Shown: positions 10,830 through 23,900 of the stretch, in pieces | How positions within the stretch are numbered: position 1 is the stretch's first letter | Layout of the letters: every line of letters begins with the position of its first letter | Assembly: GCF_006345805.1 (NCBI RefSeq) | Contig: NW_021833295.1 | Location: 12,299 to 76,298 of the forward strand | Length of the DNA: 64,000 nucleotides | Source: Octopus sinensis | Taxonomy: Eukaryota | Direction of reading: 5' to 3' | The notes under the pieces: generated by a model | Databases searched by the model: none | What the model saw: the letters and a program-made list of their open reading frames with translations, nothing else | What the model was told of the DNA's origin: nothing | Position numbers and translations under genes: made by a program

Positions 10830-11717
10830 TTGAAATTAGATTCACAATTCTCAATTCTCTATAAAAATTCTAAGGAAGATTTCGTGAAGGTTGAAGATTT
10901 CAGTCACTGGCTAGCCAGAGGCAATAATTCTCCACGGTCAGAAGGCTTGTTCTGTCTTCTACAGGATAGAAATTTATTCTTTGCAGACCACAATTTAATG
11001 TGCCCACACTGTATGAAATGGAAGAAGACTGTCGACCACTGTGCTACCAGATGTGAAAAGATGCTGCATGGGGACTATGTTAGAAGGCATAATGAAGTAG
11101 TTAGGTGTATTCATTTCCATTTATGTCGCGAATACGGACTCAAGAATGAGAAGAAGCTGAAAACTCACTCTGTACAAACTGTGTCTGTTAATGAGTTTGT
11201 CGAAATTAAAGTGGACACCTTCATTAAAACAGACATAATACTAGAACATAACAAGCCCGATTTGTTTGTCTTTGACAAGAAGAACAACCGGATATTCCTG
11301 ATTGAGGTTGGGATAACATCTGCCCCAAACCTACAACAAGTGGAGATAGAAAAACTTAGAAAGTATGACCTTCTATCAAAGGAACTGGAGTTGATATATC
11401 ATGCCAATGTGAAAATAGTACCGATTGTATTAACTTGGGACGGACTTGTCACTTCAAAATTCCAACAATATGCACAATCGTTGAACATCAATGAGAGAAC
11501 ACATGCGTATATACAATCACTCACTATCAAAAAAACCCTTGAGAGCATGATTGTTTCCTATAGGAACAGAATCGAGCCATGCCAAAGGACTCTCGAACTG
11601 GACAAAAGAATAAAAGCTATTTATCGACAAATAGATATGACCATAACTTCGCCACTGGCTGTCAGCACTTCCCAAGGAAAGAGGCTGGCATCCTTACCTG
11701 AGGGAATATCAGAATAG
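10830..11717 (+). mobile_element. 5'-truncated R4/Dong-like non-LTR retrotransposon (zinc knuckle + RLE)
   Basis: LQDRNLFF, CPHC..TVDHCATRC, RRHNEVVRCIH, KPDLFVFD..IEVG..EK..KYDLL; no RT domain upstream. Confidence 0.88.
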
Positions 11718-11863
11718 AGGAAGTAATGAACAGATTGAGAAAATTATACTTTAATTAATACTTAGTATAATTTTTTGACATTTTTACGTCATGAAATCTA
11801 TTAGAAAACAAAAAAAAGATTCAAAATTTGTTAGTATAATTTAAATTATTTGGTAATCATGTA

Positions 11864-12420
11864 CATTTAAACCTCTCTATATTGCAACGAAAAAAAAACC
11901 AAATATTTCATGCAATCATATAACTTCTAACGCACTAGCAATAACCCTAACTAATTTTAAGAAGGTCTTTTTTTAGTAAGGTCTTCTTTTATGTCTTCTT
12001 CATCACTGTCATTGATTCTTCGAAATGTAGACAATATTTGGTCTTCTTCAACATGACAGTATGTTTTAGCATTACCGTCCACCGAAATCAGTTGATTCAA
12101 TAGATTTTGATCAACAATTTTTTTTCTCGAATTTTCAGTGTTATAAGTTTCGACAGTACAAATCTTGGCTTGCCTCAGCAGTTTTTAATTGTTTCTTCTT
12201 TTACGCTGTCCAATGATTTTCCAACAAAACGTATTGAATCATCCAACCCATACGCCAACTGTTACTTGTTTCAAGTTGGTTAATAATATGTTTTAGCTGT
12301 AGTTTTCGGTAAAGTGCCTTAAAACTATGTATTTTTCCGGAATCCAATGGTTGTAAGTCACTTGTTGTTGGAGGCAAAAAGTGCACTTCAATATTGGATA
12401 ACGTCTGAATAATGTGCAAG
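11864..12420 (-). mobile_element. pogo/Tigger-type DDE_1 transposon relic
   Basis: HFLPPTTSDLQPLDSGKIHSFKALYRK and a downstream ETIKNC-like segment; candidate terminus TA|CATTTAAACCTCTCTATA at 11862-11881. Confidence 0.75.
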
Positions 12421-12535
12421 ACCTAATTGTTAGTTTAGTATTTGCAACACAAATTTAATAGAATAAGTTCACATTTGTAGTAAATCGAAATTTTTTTACA
12501 AAAAGCAACATAAAACAACTGTAAATGTACAAAAA

Positions 12536-15500
12536 CTAGTCAAGAAACGAACTGTTGGACTGTACGGATGACATTGTAACATTTCTGGTGTCGTTCATAC
12601 TACATGGAATAACACACACCTACCTTTGATCAATGGAAAGCGGGTGCCCATCCGGAGATACCACTTCGTCAATACTGTCCATTTTGTTGCGGCATGCAGG
12701 AGTGTTAAGACTCGAAGGAAGAGTGCTCTGAAAAGACTGCATTCCTCGGGAATCTCCCATGTTGGGGTACTTCCTGGCCCCCTCGATCAAATCTTGCACT
12801 AAAATGAACACCTCACCATTTGATTGTCTGCGAATGGGAGTTTCATAACCAGACATTACTTCGCCCACCAGAGTTGTCCGGTAAGAGGTAAGTGATGGAT
12901 GGACAACGTTCCTTTCCGATAGGATTTTGTCCAAATAACGCAATCTACAATATACACGTAAATGCCACATTGTGTTCCGATCTTGCAAATTTACTTTGTA
13001 AGAAAAGTCAATAAGCACATCAAAGAAGGGCATGTTCGGACAGTCACCCATGGTCTCGTCCACTCGGAGAGCAAACTTAATGCCCTCACTGGGAAGTGAT
13101 TATAACAAATACTGGTGAATGACTGCAAGAGATTCCCGACTCTTGCTATACTCCTGTCCAAAGAAGGACACCAACTTCCTGGACAAATCCCTCAGTTGAG
13201 GCACTTCGGACTTGTATGACTGCAATGACAATAAAGAATACGTCAATGAGGGTGGCAATGATGAGTTTGGCACAGGCAATACCGTCAATAACCCCCAATT
13301 TACTGAGAAACAACTTGATGATATCGCCAAATATATCACCGAACTAGAATACATAAAAAAAGACACCTTTGAGTAGTTGCAAATAAGAATGACTGCATTC
13401 TCAAGCGAGAGGACTCCGTACAACACCAACTTGCAATAACACGTCAGGAAATCACGTCGCTTTTCCCGACCTGCCACACAACTGTCATCCCCCAACACTC
13501 TTTCCTCCACAAATGACACCAAAATCTCCGTCAGAGAGGCCGAGGGGGACGTGCAGAGTGAAGCTTCCTCTGTCGGACTGAACATGAGAAGTAAGTCGGT
13601 GAGGAGGACGAAAGTCTGCCTCTGAGGACAGAAATACCTCCTCGACGACAGTATTGACTGGAGACAGCATCAGACACTCACACGAGGAAATATACTCGTC
13701 GATCTGATCTCGCAATCCCTCAACAAGTTCCTACAAACATAACATTGCCACAGTCACAGGACTCTCACGAACACTCGTCAATGTCCAGCAAATACTCAAC
13801 AGCCCTGTCCGAACGGCAGGAACTATAATCTGCCAATTAACTACCCTTCCCTACCTCCGGAGACATGTCCGTGGAGTCCACTGCCCTCCTCATAATCGAA
13901 GACAGACATCCCCATATATTCCAGGAGGACAGATCATGGTAACTGCAATAACAAGTATAACTCACCAATAGAAAGCCATCACCTTGGATAGACTGGACGA
14001 CAGAGCCGACTCGGGAGTCTACAATGACCAGTCAAACAAACATTATTGAAGTAGTTTTGGTGAGACTCGAAGAAACTCTCAGTCAATTGGGCAAGGACGG
14101 AATTCCTGGATGTCTGACAAATGGACGTGACAGTGTGTGTGGCAGCACAGAGGGTCATATATGCACGAGAACAGTTCTCGAGCACTTGGTACTGCACATG
14201 TTTCTCTACTATTTCTTCCAACAGTTTAAGTAATTGTTCCAGTCTCTGCCAATGCCACACTCAGACAACCTGAATGAACTCAGTCTGAGCAAACAAAGAG
14301 GTGTCAATATTCCAGATAATCTCCACCAAATGGCCAATCTTGACCTCGTCCACGATGAACTGAGAGTGTCACTCAGCAACCCACCTTGGCACACAATTGT
14401 CCCAAATGGAGAATAAAATGCTCGGAAAGGGCTGTTTTGACCGACTCCAAATTCTTCAGATCTTTTGCTGACACTTTCTTGGTTGGCGAAGTGGCAGAAA
14501 ATGTCTGTTTGACGCAACAGACCATCAAGTCGACGAGGACGGACTCGTTCTGGTCAGACCACCCACCATATTCGACCACTTCCTCCAGCAGCATGTCAGT
14601 CATTGTCCCCCAGTCCTTAAGCAGAGGACAGACGTCGTATATACTCTCCACCAATGAGACCATGTCCTCGTACTGGGAGTTATTCCTCCACTCACCTCAC
14701 TTTCCATATAAAAACCAACAATGTGGGAAATTGTGGATGACAGACATTTTCCACTCTTCGTCAAAACTGTCTTTTCTGGACTACTCTCCAATTTGGCCAA
14801 CAAAAAGTCTCCCGCCGCCTTGGCCACACATCGATTGTTACCAAATACGAGAGAGGAAATGTGTCGACAGTCCTCAGGGAGAAGCACAGTGTGATCGTAC
14901 CTGCCAGTCCACCTGGGCGACTACCTGAGTATCGCAATGAGAGTCCGAATCGCCTGGACGGCCGTGTCTGAGTCACGGTCGTGTGCCATCTGTACTATCC
15001 TCGGTTTGAATCGTGCAGAGAACTGTCCCAGTCCATGGCTAATCTCCGCCGACTCGTACATAGGCTGGAGACTGCGGAGACAACAAAGCCGCACTTCACT
15101 GGCCTGCAAATAAGCACAACACAACTCTGTCGAAAATAGTCCAACCAATGTATTTAAGATAGTTATCCTGGAGAAAGCAAGTGGGTTGGAGGACAATCCA
15201 ATGACTCAACTCACCAATGCAGATCACTCGAATGTCGGGGACCACATCCCTGCACTGAGGACACTTCCTTACCGATATCTCTGCATAAACACGTATTTAA
15301 AGATGTAGTTTGTCATTTCAACAACCTCATTCTGACGACTCGACAACTGCCTTATAACCACAAGCCCAACCGACTCGAGACGAGTCCGAAGTGTCTTGAC
15401 TCGGTCACGTGACCTTTTCTTTGCCGCTTTGATGTTTTCCGTTTCAAGTTGCCGTGATGCATTGGCCGAGTCAGTGAACAGGGACACGGAAATGGCGACG

Positions 15501-16154
15501 AGGGAACTCATAATTTTGAGCACTATCAGAGTGGCTGTGTGTCGGAATGCCCTTATTTTGGAGTCAGTGAGGCCGGTGAGGAAGGAAATGACATTCTTCA
15601 TCATGTACTGGTCGTAGATGATCGCATTCTTACACCGGTCGATCAAAACCCCCAGAAATGCCACAAAATTAGCTCTGAACTTTTTCCAGTGGTACCCTCC
15701 GGCCATTATTGGGTATTCTCGGAAATCCTACCACTCACTATGACTAGTCCAGCCGTTTCAAATTCGTCGGACAGTCTTCGAATGAGTTCACTGGACTGCA
15801 GATTGCTGTACAACTCGACAGAGAGTTCTCCATTGCACCCACAGGCGCAGATTATAAACCGAATTAGTTCGACCATTCCTTCTTCCTGACTGTCCTTGTA
15901 GCGGGATATCCAACCCTCGGCAATGTCCTAAACATTTTTCAGTGGCTATGGACTTGTAAAGGACACGTTTCGTCACGTAGGGATTTGAGCATCTCAGAAC
16001 TGTCGATTGCACTAATGGCTGCCCGCATGTTATCATTGCTTGGCTTTTCTTTCTTTGGGGGACGTGCTCGAATGTTTTGCTTATTTTTCTTCCTGTCTTT
16101 GGAATCCAAAGAACGGTCCACTGTACTTTCGGATCTCGAGTTTTTTGAACTCAT
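12536..16154 (-). CDS. STAG1/2: Cohesin subunit SA/STAG (Scc3), many micro-introns; 3' end approximate
   Basis: WKKFRANFVAFL..IIYDQYMM..LTDSKIRAFRHTAT, VFMQRYRD, RLCCLRSLQPMY, FSARFKPRIVQMAHDRD, AKAAGDFL and LKDWGTMTDMLL; downstream exons are collinear with SA. Confidence 0.93.
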
Positions 16155-16239
16155 TTCAATCAACCAACTCACTTGTTGTTTACAAATATTTTATTTAAAT
16201 TAACATTATTCTTTAAATATAATTAACAAAAAGAATTAT

Positions 16240-17181
16240 TTAAAGTTTTAGAAAAGTCTCATATATAAGGAAAGTGAGAGACGTGGCGGGGACAACCCTG
16301 CAAAGACAGGGAACCAGTCCCTTATACAAAGACAAGACCCCTTCATACCTAGGCAATACTGACAGTCCAAAACTTTAAAAGATGTGTCAAAACATGAGAA
16401 ATAGTTCGATAATCTCTGCGATGACTCATTAAACGAGTACGAATAGTCTGCAACGGATAGGTGGTCACAATAGCCAATATTTTAGAGAAAGCAGCAATAC
16501 TTAAATATTCGAGACTGTTCTAAAAAGTGAGGACCGAGGACTACCAACTGAGCACTCCCATACCGACTCTTGCAGACGTCGTAGGTCACCATTTGAATCA
16601 CTCCGTTGGAGACCGACAGAAGACCAGGCAGAAACCCCTGAAATATCACTCCGTGAATAAACTTTGTACAATCCGCCAAAACCTCCTTTTCGGTAAATTT
16701 TTTTCACACAGTCAACAAACCCGCTGTACTGACGGTCTGCGGGTTCGAGGATTAGACGAGTCCTCACCAGCCAAAGAGGGTTAGTAGCACAGGCTACGAC
16801 CACTCCGGCAGTGGCAGCACAAAGCACATGTTCGGGAAAAGGTATAGTCCCCTCTTTTATGGAAATAGTCTTTAGTTGGTTATATCTAGAGTAATCCCAG
16901 CACATTACATGAACATATAACTCCCCCAAGTGATACCGGCCACCATGACATTGGAACAGACTCCCTGATATAATGTGCTGAGTCCCCTGCTCTTCACCGT
17001 CTCTCTGAGTGTCCTGTACATGCCGCTTCGTTGAGGGCCGAACACACTCCCTTGGTCGTTGGCTGGAGGGTATAGGTCACTCAATACCCTGGATGTGGAG
17101 TTTTATGAAGTCGAAGGGGTGGAAAAGACCGGTGGTCACTACTCCCCCAAGTAAGCCTCCTAAGAAATTCGATCCTGACAT
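16240..17181 (-). CDS. SLC25A32: Mitochondrial carrier, folate/FAD transporter
   Basis: GVVTTGLFHPFDFIK, LYQGVCSNVMVAGITWG, ATNPLWLVRTRL and RGLVPCLCRVVPATSLTFLIYE; Px[DE]xx[KR] motifs; micro-introns. Confidence 0.85.
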
Positions 17182-17653
17182 TCAGATCACGTAAAACATT
17201 TGTCACATGCTGTTATTTTGAATTATTTAATATTCTTGTTTTATATTACTTTTATAAGCTAAAACATTTGCTTCTACTGGTTTGCCCAAGAGGACTAATC
17301 CCCCGTAATTATCAGAAAGGAAATCCGAAGAATGTGCAACGTATAAATCAGAAATCGGACTCAATAAAATTCACTGATGATTTTAAAAAATGGTTTATTT
17401 TCTGAAGCCAGCCCTCGTCAAATCAGGAGGCGAGACATTGCTTAATGAGCACAAAATTTCTAAATACATTTTTAAAATCAAGCCAAGTTTCTATTTCACG
17501 GAGAAGCGAACGTTATAATACGCCTAAGAGAACTCGAAATAGCAAAGAATTACGTTGAGCACAAATCTTCAAACAGGGGAACTACATTTACTTTATGTTT
17601 ATATGGAATATGTAATATGAACAGAAAGATTCAAACAAATTGTAAAAAATTAA

Positions 17654-19231
17654 TTATTTGTTGGTTATTATATACTTTATCAATTTACTAAGAAGGCCTC
17701 CACTGAGCAGCCCTGCCGTGGTAAATACCGAAGTCAGGTAGCCTGCCTCTCTTTCATATCCACGAGCAAATCTACGGTAGTTAAATGCTGCCTACTCAGG
17801 GGAGTAATACGAGGCCAGACTCGAGTAATATCCGTGGGAGAGTGCAAACACGATAGACAGACATATAAACACCCAGTCGGGAAACACATAGCCAAACTGA
17901 CGAATCTTTCCATAGCTGTTGCAGTACATAAATAACGGGATAAAGGAAATCCGCAAAAGTGCAGGGATAAATATAAATCTTTTCGAAGGCTTAAGAATTT
18001 ACACAAAAATAATACAAATTTGAAAAAATCTGGCAATGGAGAAGTAACCAGCGCCAACACGTTAAAAATGACAAACGAACAAATTATTTCGAACCATTCA
18101 TCATACACAATTTCACATTCCCCGCTACTCGGAAGTTGATTGCTCGGCTCCGTTGGGACTGTTGTCCTCAATAACTCTGGAAAGACAGTGAGGGTGACTG
18201 TGAAGACTGTATATGTCGAGAGAACGGATGGATAACACTTGATTATGTAATTAAGTATAACCTCACCAATTTGAATGAAGTAAGTAGCCTTTTCATGTCG
18301 TTTTTTATTCTGATTTTCCACAATGTAGAAATTTCATCAGAGTTGCGTGCTTTGGTGTACAATTCCTATTTCTGGGTAAAAAAACAACCGACCTGTTCTT
18401 TCATCCATTTACACAGTCCTAGTCCACCCACGCACATCAATATGGCAAACGAGTAGTAGATTGCCACCAGTTTCCAAATAGCCATGTAAACTGTCGGAGT
18501 GACTAAATAGATTGCACTGACCCAGTTTAAGCACAACGAAGAAAATGATGGCTATCACTCCGCAAAGATTCTGCAATAAAATCATAAATGTTGACCATTC
18601 CTGTGATGATTGATGGAAAATAATTCCCTTTTTCCTGGAAAATTCCGGCAACTGCGAACATTGAAATTTGTGCCCAGGCAGAGGCCACTGTAATATAAAT
18701 GGACAGTCAACCTTGACTGACTGAATTGATAAAGTAGTTGAGATATATGAACTCGACCTGCCCTGTGAATAACAATATTGGGGACTACATGAAGTGGAGT
18801 CTATAAACGCCAGAATGAATAATATAATAAATCCAATCAGAATTGTCATTATTGAAATTGCAATATATGTTATCTCCAGTCCTCTGAATATATTCCAGAA
18901 ATTTGTAATACTTTTTGGGACGGTGGAAAAAACTTACAATCCCCGTCAACAACAGCATAGACTGAGAGATAATGATAATGTCTGTTATTGCAGAATCCCT
19001 CAGAACCACAACACGATGACTAGTCGTATTATTCACTGATAGGCGGTAAGTTATAAAATACTGCAAGTGAAAGCCCATAATTAACCTCTTCGGCGATATT
19101 GATCATGATATTCCAGGGTAGAAGTGCTACAACTCCGAGAAAGCTGAATGTAATTTTCAAAGCATTAAATAATGGAAACTGTCCCAGAAATGAGTGCTGT
19201 TGCATTAGTCTGAAAATTCTACTTGGCTCAT
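17654..19231 (-). CDS. Equilibrative nucleoside transporter (SLC29/ENT)
   Basis: FLGVVALLPWNIMINIAEE|YF, TVFTVTLTVFPEL, FVIFNV, and C-terminal EREAGYLTSVFTTAGLLSGG; multiple transmembrane segments and micro-introns. Confidence 0.85.
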
Positions 19232-20054
19232 TATAATGTCACAGGCCAATGTACTAATACGAGATATGTTACAACTAAAAATTCATATAAAGAAATAAAA
19301 CGTTTAAATTAAAAATTAATACAAAGTACCTAATTGTTCGCAAAAATGCTTTTCTGAATAGAAAAAATTTGGACTGAAACATGAATTTTTTCCCAAAACC
19401 AACATACCGTGTAAAAATGAGTTTTAAATTTTTAGCAATCTATTTAATTTTGGCTTATCCATATCTTTTTTTATTAAATATTATTCTTTTTTTTTAATAA
19501 AAAAAATTTTAAAGCCTCTTATTAGTTTAAAACGTTTCTATCAAGGAATCACAAAAAAGAAGGATCATTCCCATTTTATTAAGCGTGAACATGTATTTTC
19601 TCATTCATGTACTGTCTCACTTTGTATTGTTACTACAAAATCGTCTTTTGCCACAATGTGTATTCACACCATCTCTAATCCATCATAAAGTGGATATTGT
19701 CGTTTGTTAGCGTCATTATCTTGCCTAATTACATGTTTATACATCCCAAAACCTTAAGATTACTATCTCCCTACACTAAATAGCCTCGTCATACTTCCAT
19801 TTCTTCTCTGAGCCATTTTATCACTGCCAACAGAATATTACATACGCTTCATTCCTTTCCTCTTCCAATATTCTATGTCATCATTTTGCAATAACAATGA
19901 TTCTAGTTCCTCCTCTGATGTTTCAATAGGATATTTTATGCCCATAAATAGATTATGGACTTTTTTGTGGTGGAATGACAGTATTGTTATAATCAAAAAC
20001 AATGTCTTTGATTATATCGCAATAGCGTGACTAAAAATTAATAAAAAAACTTAA

Positions 20055-20260
20055 AACCTGGCAAGGAATACATCGTTTTATGACACGATTGATCTCTGCA
20101 CGTGATATCCGTGTATAAGCGCGCCAATTTTGAAAACACCGGTCTCGACCAAAGATTCAAATTATGTTCAGCCAATTGATAAACATTTTTATGCAAACTT
20201 CATATATTTATCTTTAAGTTCAGTCATCGGCAAAAAATCAATTTAAGTCCATCTTAGTGA
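20055..20260 (-). pseudogene. Integrase zinc-binding (H2C2) relic, Ginger/Gypsy-like
   Basis: Degraded FGRDRCFQNWRAYTRISRAEINRVINDVF resembles HFGRDK..Y.GI.R..I..VI..C; interrupted by stops. Confidence 0.35.
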
Positions 20261-20989
20261 TATATGGAGCTCCATCCAAAAAATCATTTATTGCTAATTT
20301 CAGTAGTCTTATCTTGCATCCGCGAAAGCGTCTGCTGAAATACGATCAGGATTGCTCTTAAGTTCCTTAAGTAATTCTAAGTCTTCTTTGTACTTGCACT
20401 AACGCATTTTTAATGTATTTGTAATTTAAAAAACAATAAAATTTATAAGTTTTCTTTGATTTCATAGAAATACCAAAGGATCATGTTTAATGTTTTCCAA
20501 CTTGACAATTGATTTGGTGTAACACATCTGGCGGAGTAACAGTGTGGCCTAATAATATATTGACGAAAATGTAGTTCTTGGAATGTTAGAAAATCTCCAA
20601 TGTCACCGCCGTAAATGTATACCGTTAATTAGTTCTATTTTATAAAAATATTATAACGAGCCTAATAAATGGTTTAATCTGAATTCAAAAGAAAGTTTTC
20701 AATCTAATTAATTCGTCATCATTCTCTGTAATCGTTATATATTGACCGAATATGCTAAAAAGGAATTGGAATGAACAGAATTCCATTGAAAAATGGAATC
20801 ACATTGTTTGTCAAAAAACATATAAAGAAGCTTATTCTTTCAAAATCTTAAAAATGGTAAAATTATGAGGACCAAATAATCTAATACTGAATGAATTTTC
20901 GAATTAGGATACGTTGATCTATTTTTATGACATATTGGAGGAAATGGATTCAAAATAGGTTTTGTTAGTAGAATATTAATAGAGTTACT

Positions 20990-23900
20990 GCTTTAAGCAC
21001 ATGTCTTGAATACGAACACCACCAAGTTCTGGTTCTTGTTTAGTCCTAGTGTGATGCATCCCCCGTCGTAAAGAAGCGCATAATCATATAACGGAAAAAA
21101 AAAAACTGAACGTGGCCAAAGAGAGTAATTTCCCATTGACCAAAGAAATCACTCTCGACACCACAAGACCCGATTAAACTTTTGGAAACAATGTATTCTC
21201 GAATTCTCCCCCACTACATACCCATTTGGATGAGACAGTCTCCTGACACAATGATTTACCTCTCCAATGTACACTAACTACATGGACATAAAACTCCCAT
21301 AGATAAGCCGTTGGTGGACAAGTCTGTGGAAATAATTTGGTCTGAATTAAGCAGAGTTCTTATTCGAACATTCTTCAGCAAGTCCCATATCATAATGCAC
21401 GTCGAGTTGAGCTTGTTCGAGTAACATTCGAATAAAAGGGTTGTCCCATCGTAGGAAATGCAGGCATTCCGAAGGTTAATTCCGTTTTCAGTGTCAACCT
21501 TTATTCTCTTGCGAGGAATTAGATTATATTAGTGTACAAGAAATTCGAAGGTCTCCTGAGTCCGGAAAACGAAGAGTTCGTTAGAAAAGTGAGAGACGAC
21601 AACTATTTGTTCATTTCCACTCATTATAAATGAATCAATCTTGTCCAAGTGCTCAATTACATCCGTGTCGAACTTGTAGGTAATGATTCTAAAAAACCTT
21701 TTTTGCAATTTTGATTCGCCTGACGATGTACCCCGTCTCCATGTTCCAGACAACCAAATGGTCCCGAGAGCTGGAAGGACAGATCAGGTGATTGTTGCTT
21801 AAATATATGTACTCGTGGGGTAGATGGACAGGGATACTCAGCCCAGACAACTAGACTATTAGTGCGGACTATACTGAAATGACCACTTTTTTCTGCTGGA
21901 TGTCGAATATTATAATTTGGGTGTAACATGAGATCACATCGTTTATATTTTCCACGTACTCTCGATTTCGGAGAATTAAAATTCTTTTTTTGTTGTAGAA
22001 AAGTGTCCCCTCAAATTTTAAGTCCACTAAATCCGTCCTCCTGCACTCGCCTTCCTCGCTTATTTGGTAGACTTTCAGAGTTGAGTCATTCTTGTCCACT
22101 ACAATGGCCTCATCAAAATTTCCATAAAATGTTAGACCTGGAACTGAATTGTAGCTTTACCTTTTTGGGTGGGAACACTACCAAAGTCCCACTGGACGTC
22201 TTCCCCTATGTCCCACAACTCGATTGAACCACTCTCCCGTGACAGAGTCAACAGTTTTCTAATAATCGAAACCGCACGCCAACTTATTCCTTGCAGGGAA
22301 TAAGGAAGTCAATTCGTACAACGTGGCAATCCTCAGAAAGACCATTCCATACTCGCTGTCCATTATGCGGATTTCGCTCATTTCACACAATTTGTAGGAT
22401 TTTAATAAAATGGCACAATTCTGGGTTGCCTAAGAAATAACCTCCAAATTAAAGACAGGAATGACTCTGATTTCGACGATTTCACTTTCATTAAAACAGA
22501 CAGAAAGGGACAAGTTATTCCAAGAATTGTGTGCAACTACACCCACGTGAGAATTGTGATGATCATTGACCGTTTTATAAGGAAATACTATATTTTTCCC
22601 CGTCCAAACTAGATTGTTCTGAATGGTTATTTTGGATGATAAATTCACGTCCTTGGTCACTTCTGATGCGAGATTATGTATATTTAGTTTGTTGGTGTAT
22701 TTGAGGCCATACACGATCTAAATGAATTCAACAGCAAACCTCATCTTCCGGAGTTTCGACTGGTAAAATGATTTCACGAGAAAAAATGTCCAGATCGGGT
22801 AAAATTAACCTGCGATGCAACACAATACTGCAATCAGGGGCCATTTTCCACTGCAAAATTTTGGAATCGAAGTTTGACACGGCGAAAACTGATTTCGTCG
22901 TTACGCAGGAACAAAAATTAACTCTTTCGGAAAATTCTGTGCACTGGAGATGTTAAATACTACAAACTGCATCGAGGACACTATTTGTAGTGGTGTCGTA
23001 AAAAGTTATTACGCCGCTCCCGGCCGCCACCAAAAGTGTATCGAAAAGTAATTCCAGTTGAATTATTTGATCGGAACATATTCGATTTTTAGACCCCGTC
23101 TTCAGGTTTTTGACCTTTCCGCTCTTTTTATAAATCAGAATGCCCTTTTCAATATCGGGTCCGATAATTTTTTCCGCCTTTGAACTTATGTTGGACTCAA
23201 GCAGAGTGGGCGTTGGGTTTTCGAAAGAAGGGAGACACCTCTCCGAAGTTATAAAAAGTGGATCTGCACTGGTTTTGCAATCATTAAAAAACTGTTCAGT
23301 GGCTTTGAGCAGTTCTCTTTCCTCACTGTTTATTCTGTCAAAATACTTATCCAGGTGGGCAATGACCACTGACTTGAGTTCGTTAGGAAAAGTGCTCAGG
23401 ACAGCAAAAGAGGCTTTAATTATTTTCCTGAGCAAGAGAACGTCAAAATCTTTTTTGTGAGAGAGGTAGAAATCAAAGTCCTGGACGGCCACTTCAATTC
23501 CCTGATGTTGCAGAATGAAAGAGAGGAATTTTTGGTTGAGTAAATATTCGACCTTCATTATATCCAACAAACGAGCATTTCTCAAGTAAAATGGGAGTTC
23601 GCGGATAATCTTGAGCGACAGTTTGTTTTCTGTATAGACTTTGGCGGCCTTGCTGTTGTTGAGGGGACCCGTAAACGTGAGTATACTAGCTTTCCGACGC
23701 AGAAGGTAGTCCGCCAATTTTTGGGTGTAGAACACGACGACCTCCTGATTCAAATATCGATTTTTGACAAACTTTGCAACTGTTTCGTTTTTCCAATTCA
23801 TTACAAACGAATCGTTTTGAGTACTATTCATACAAAACTCACTGAGAGCAATCCAAATCGAGTTGAAAATGTAATCCGGGACCATTCCCTCCTTCGACAA

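Noticed and set aside
11943-11952. Single CCCTAA telomere-like unit
   Set aside because: No tandem array; no support for DNA-elimination or telomere-addition sites in this window.
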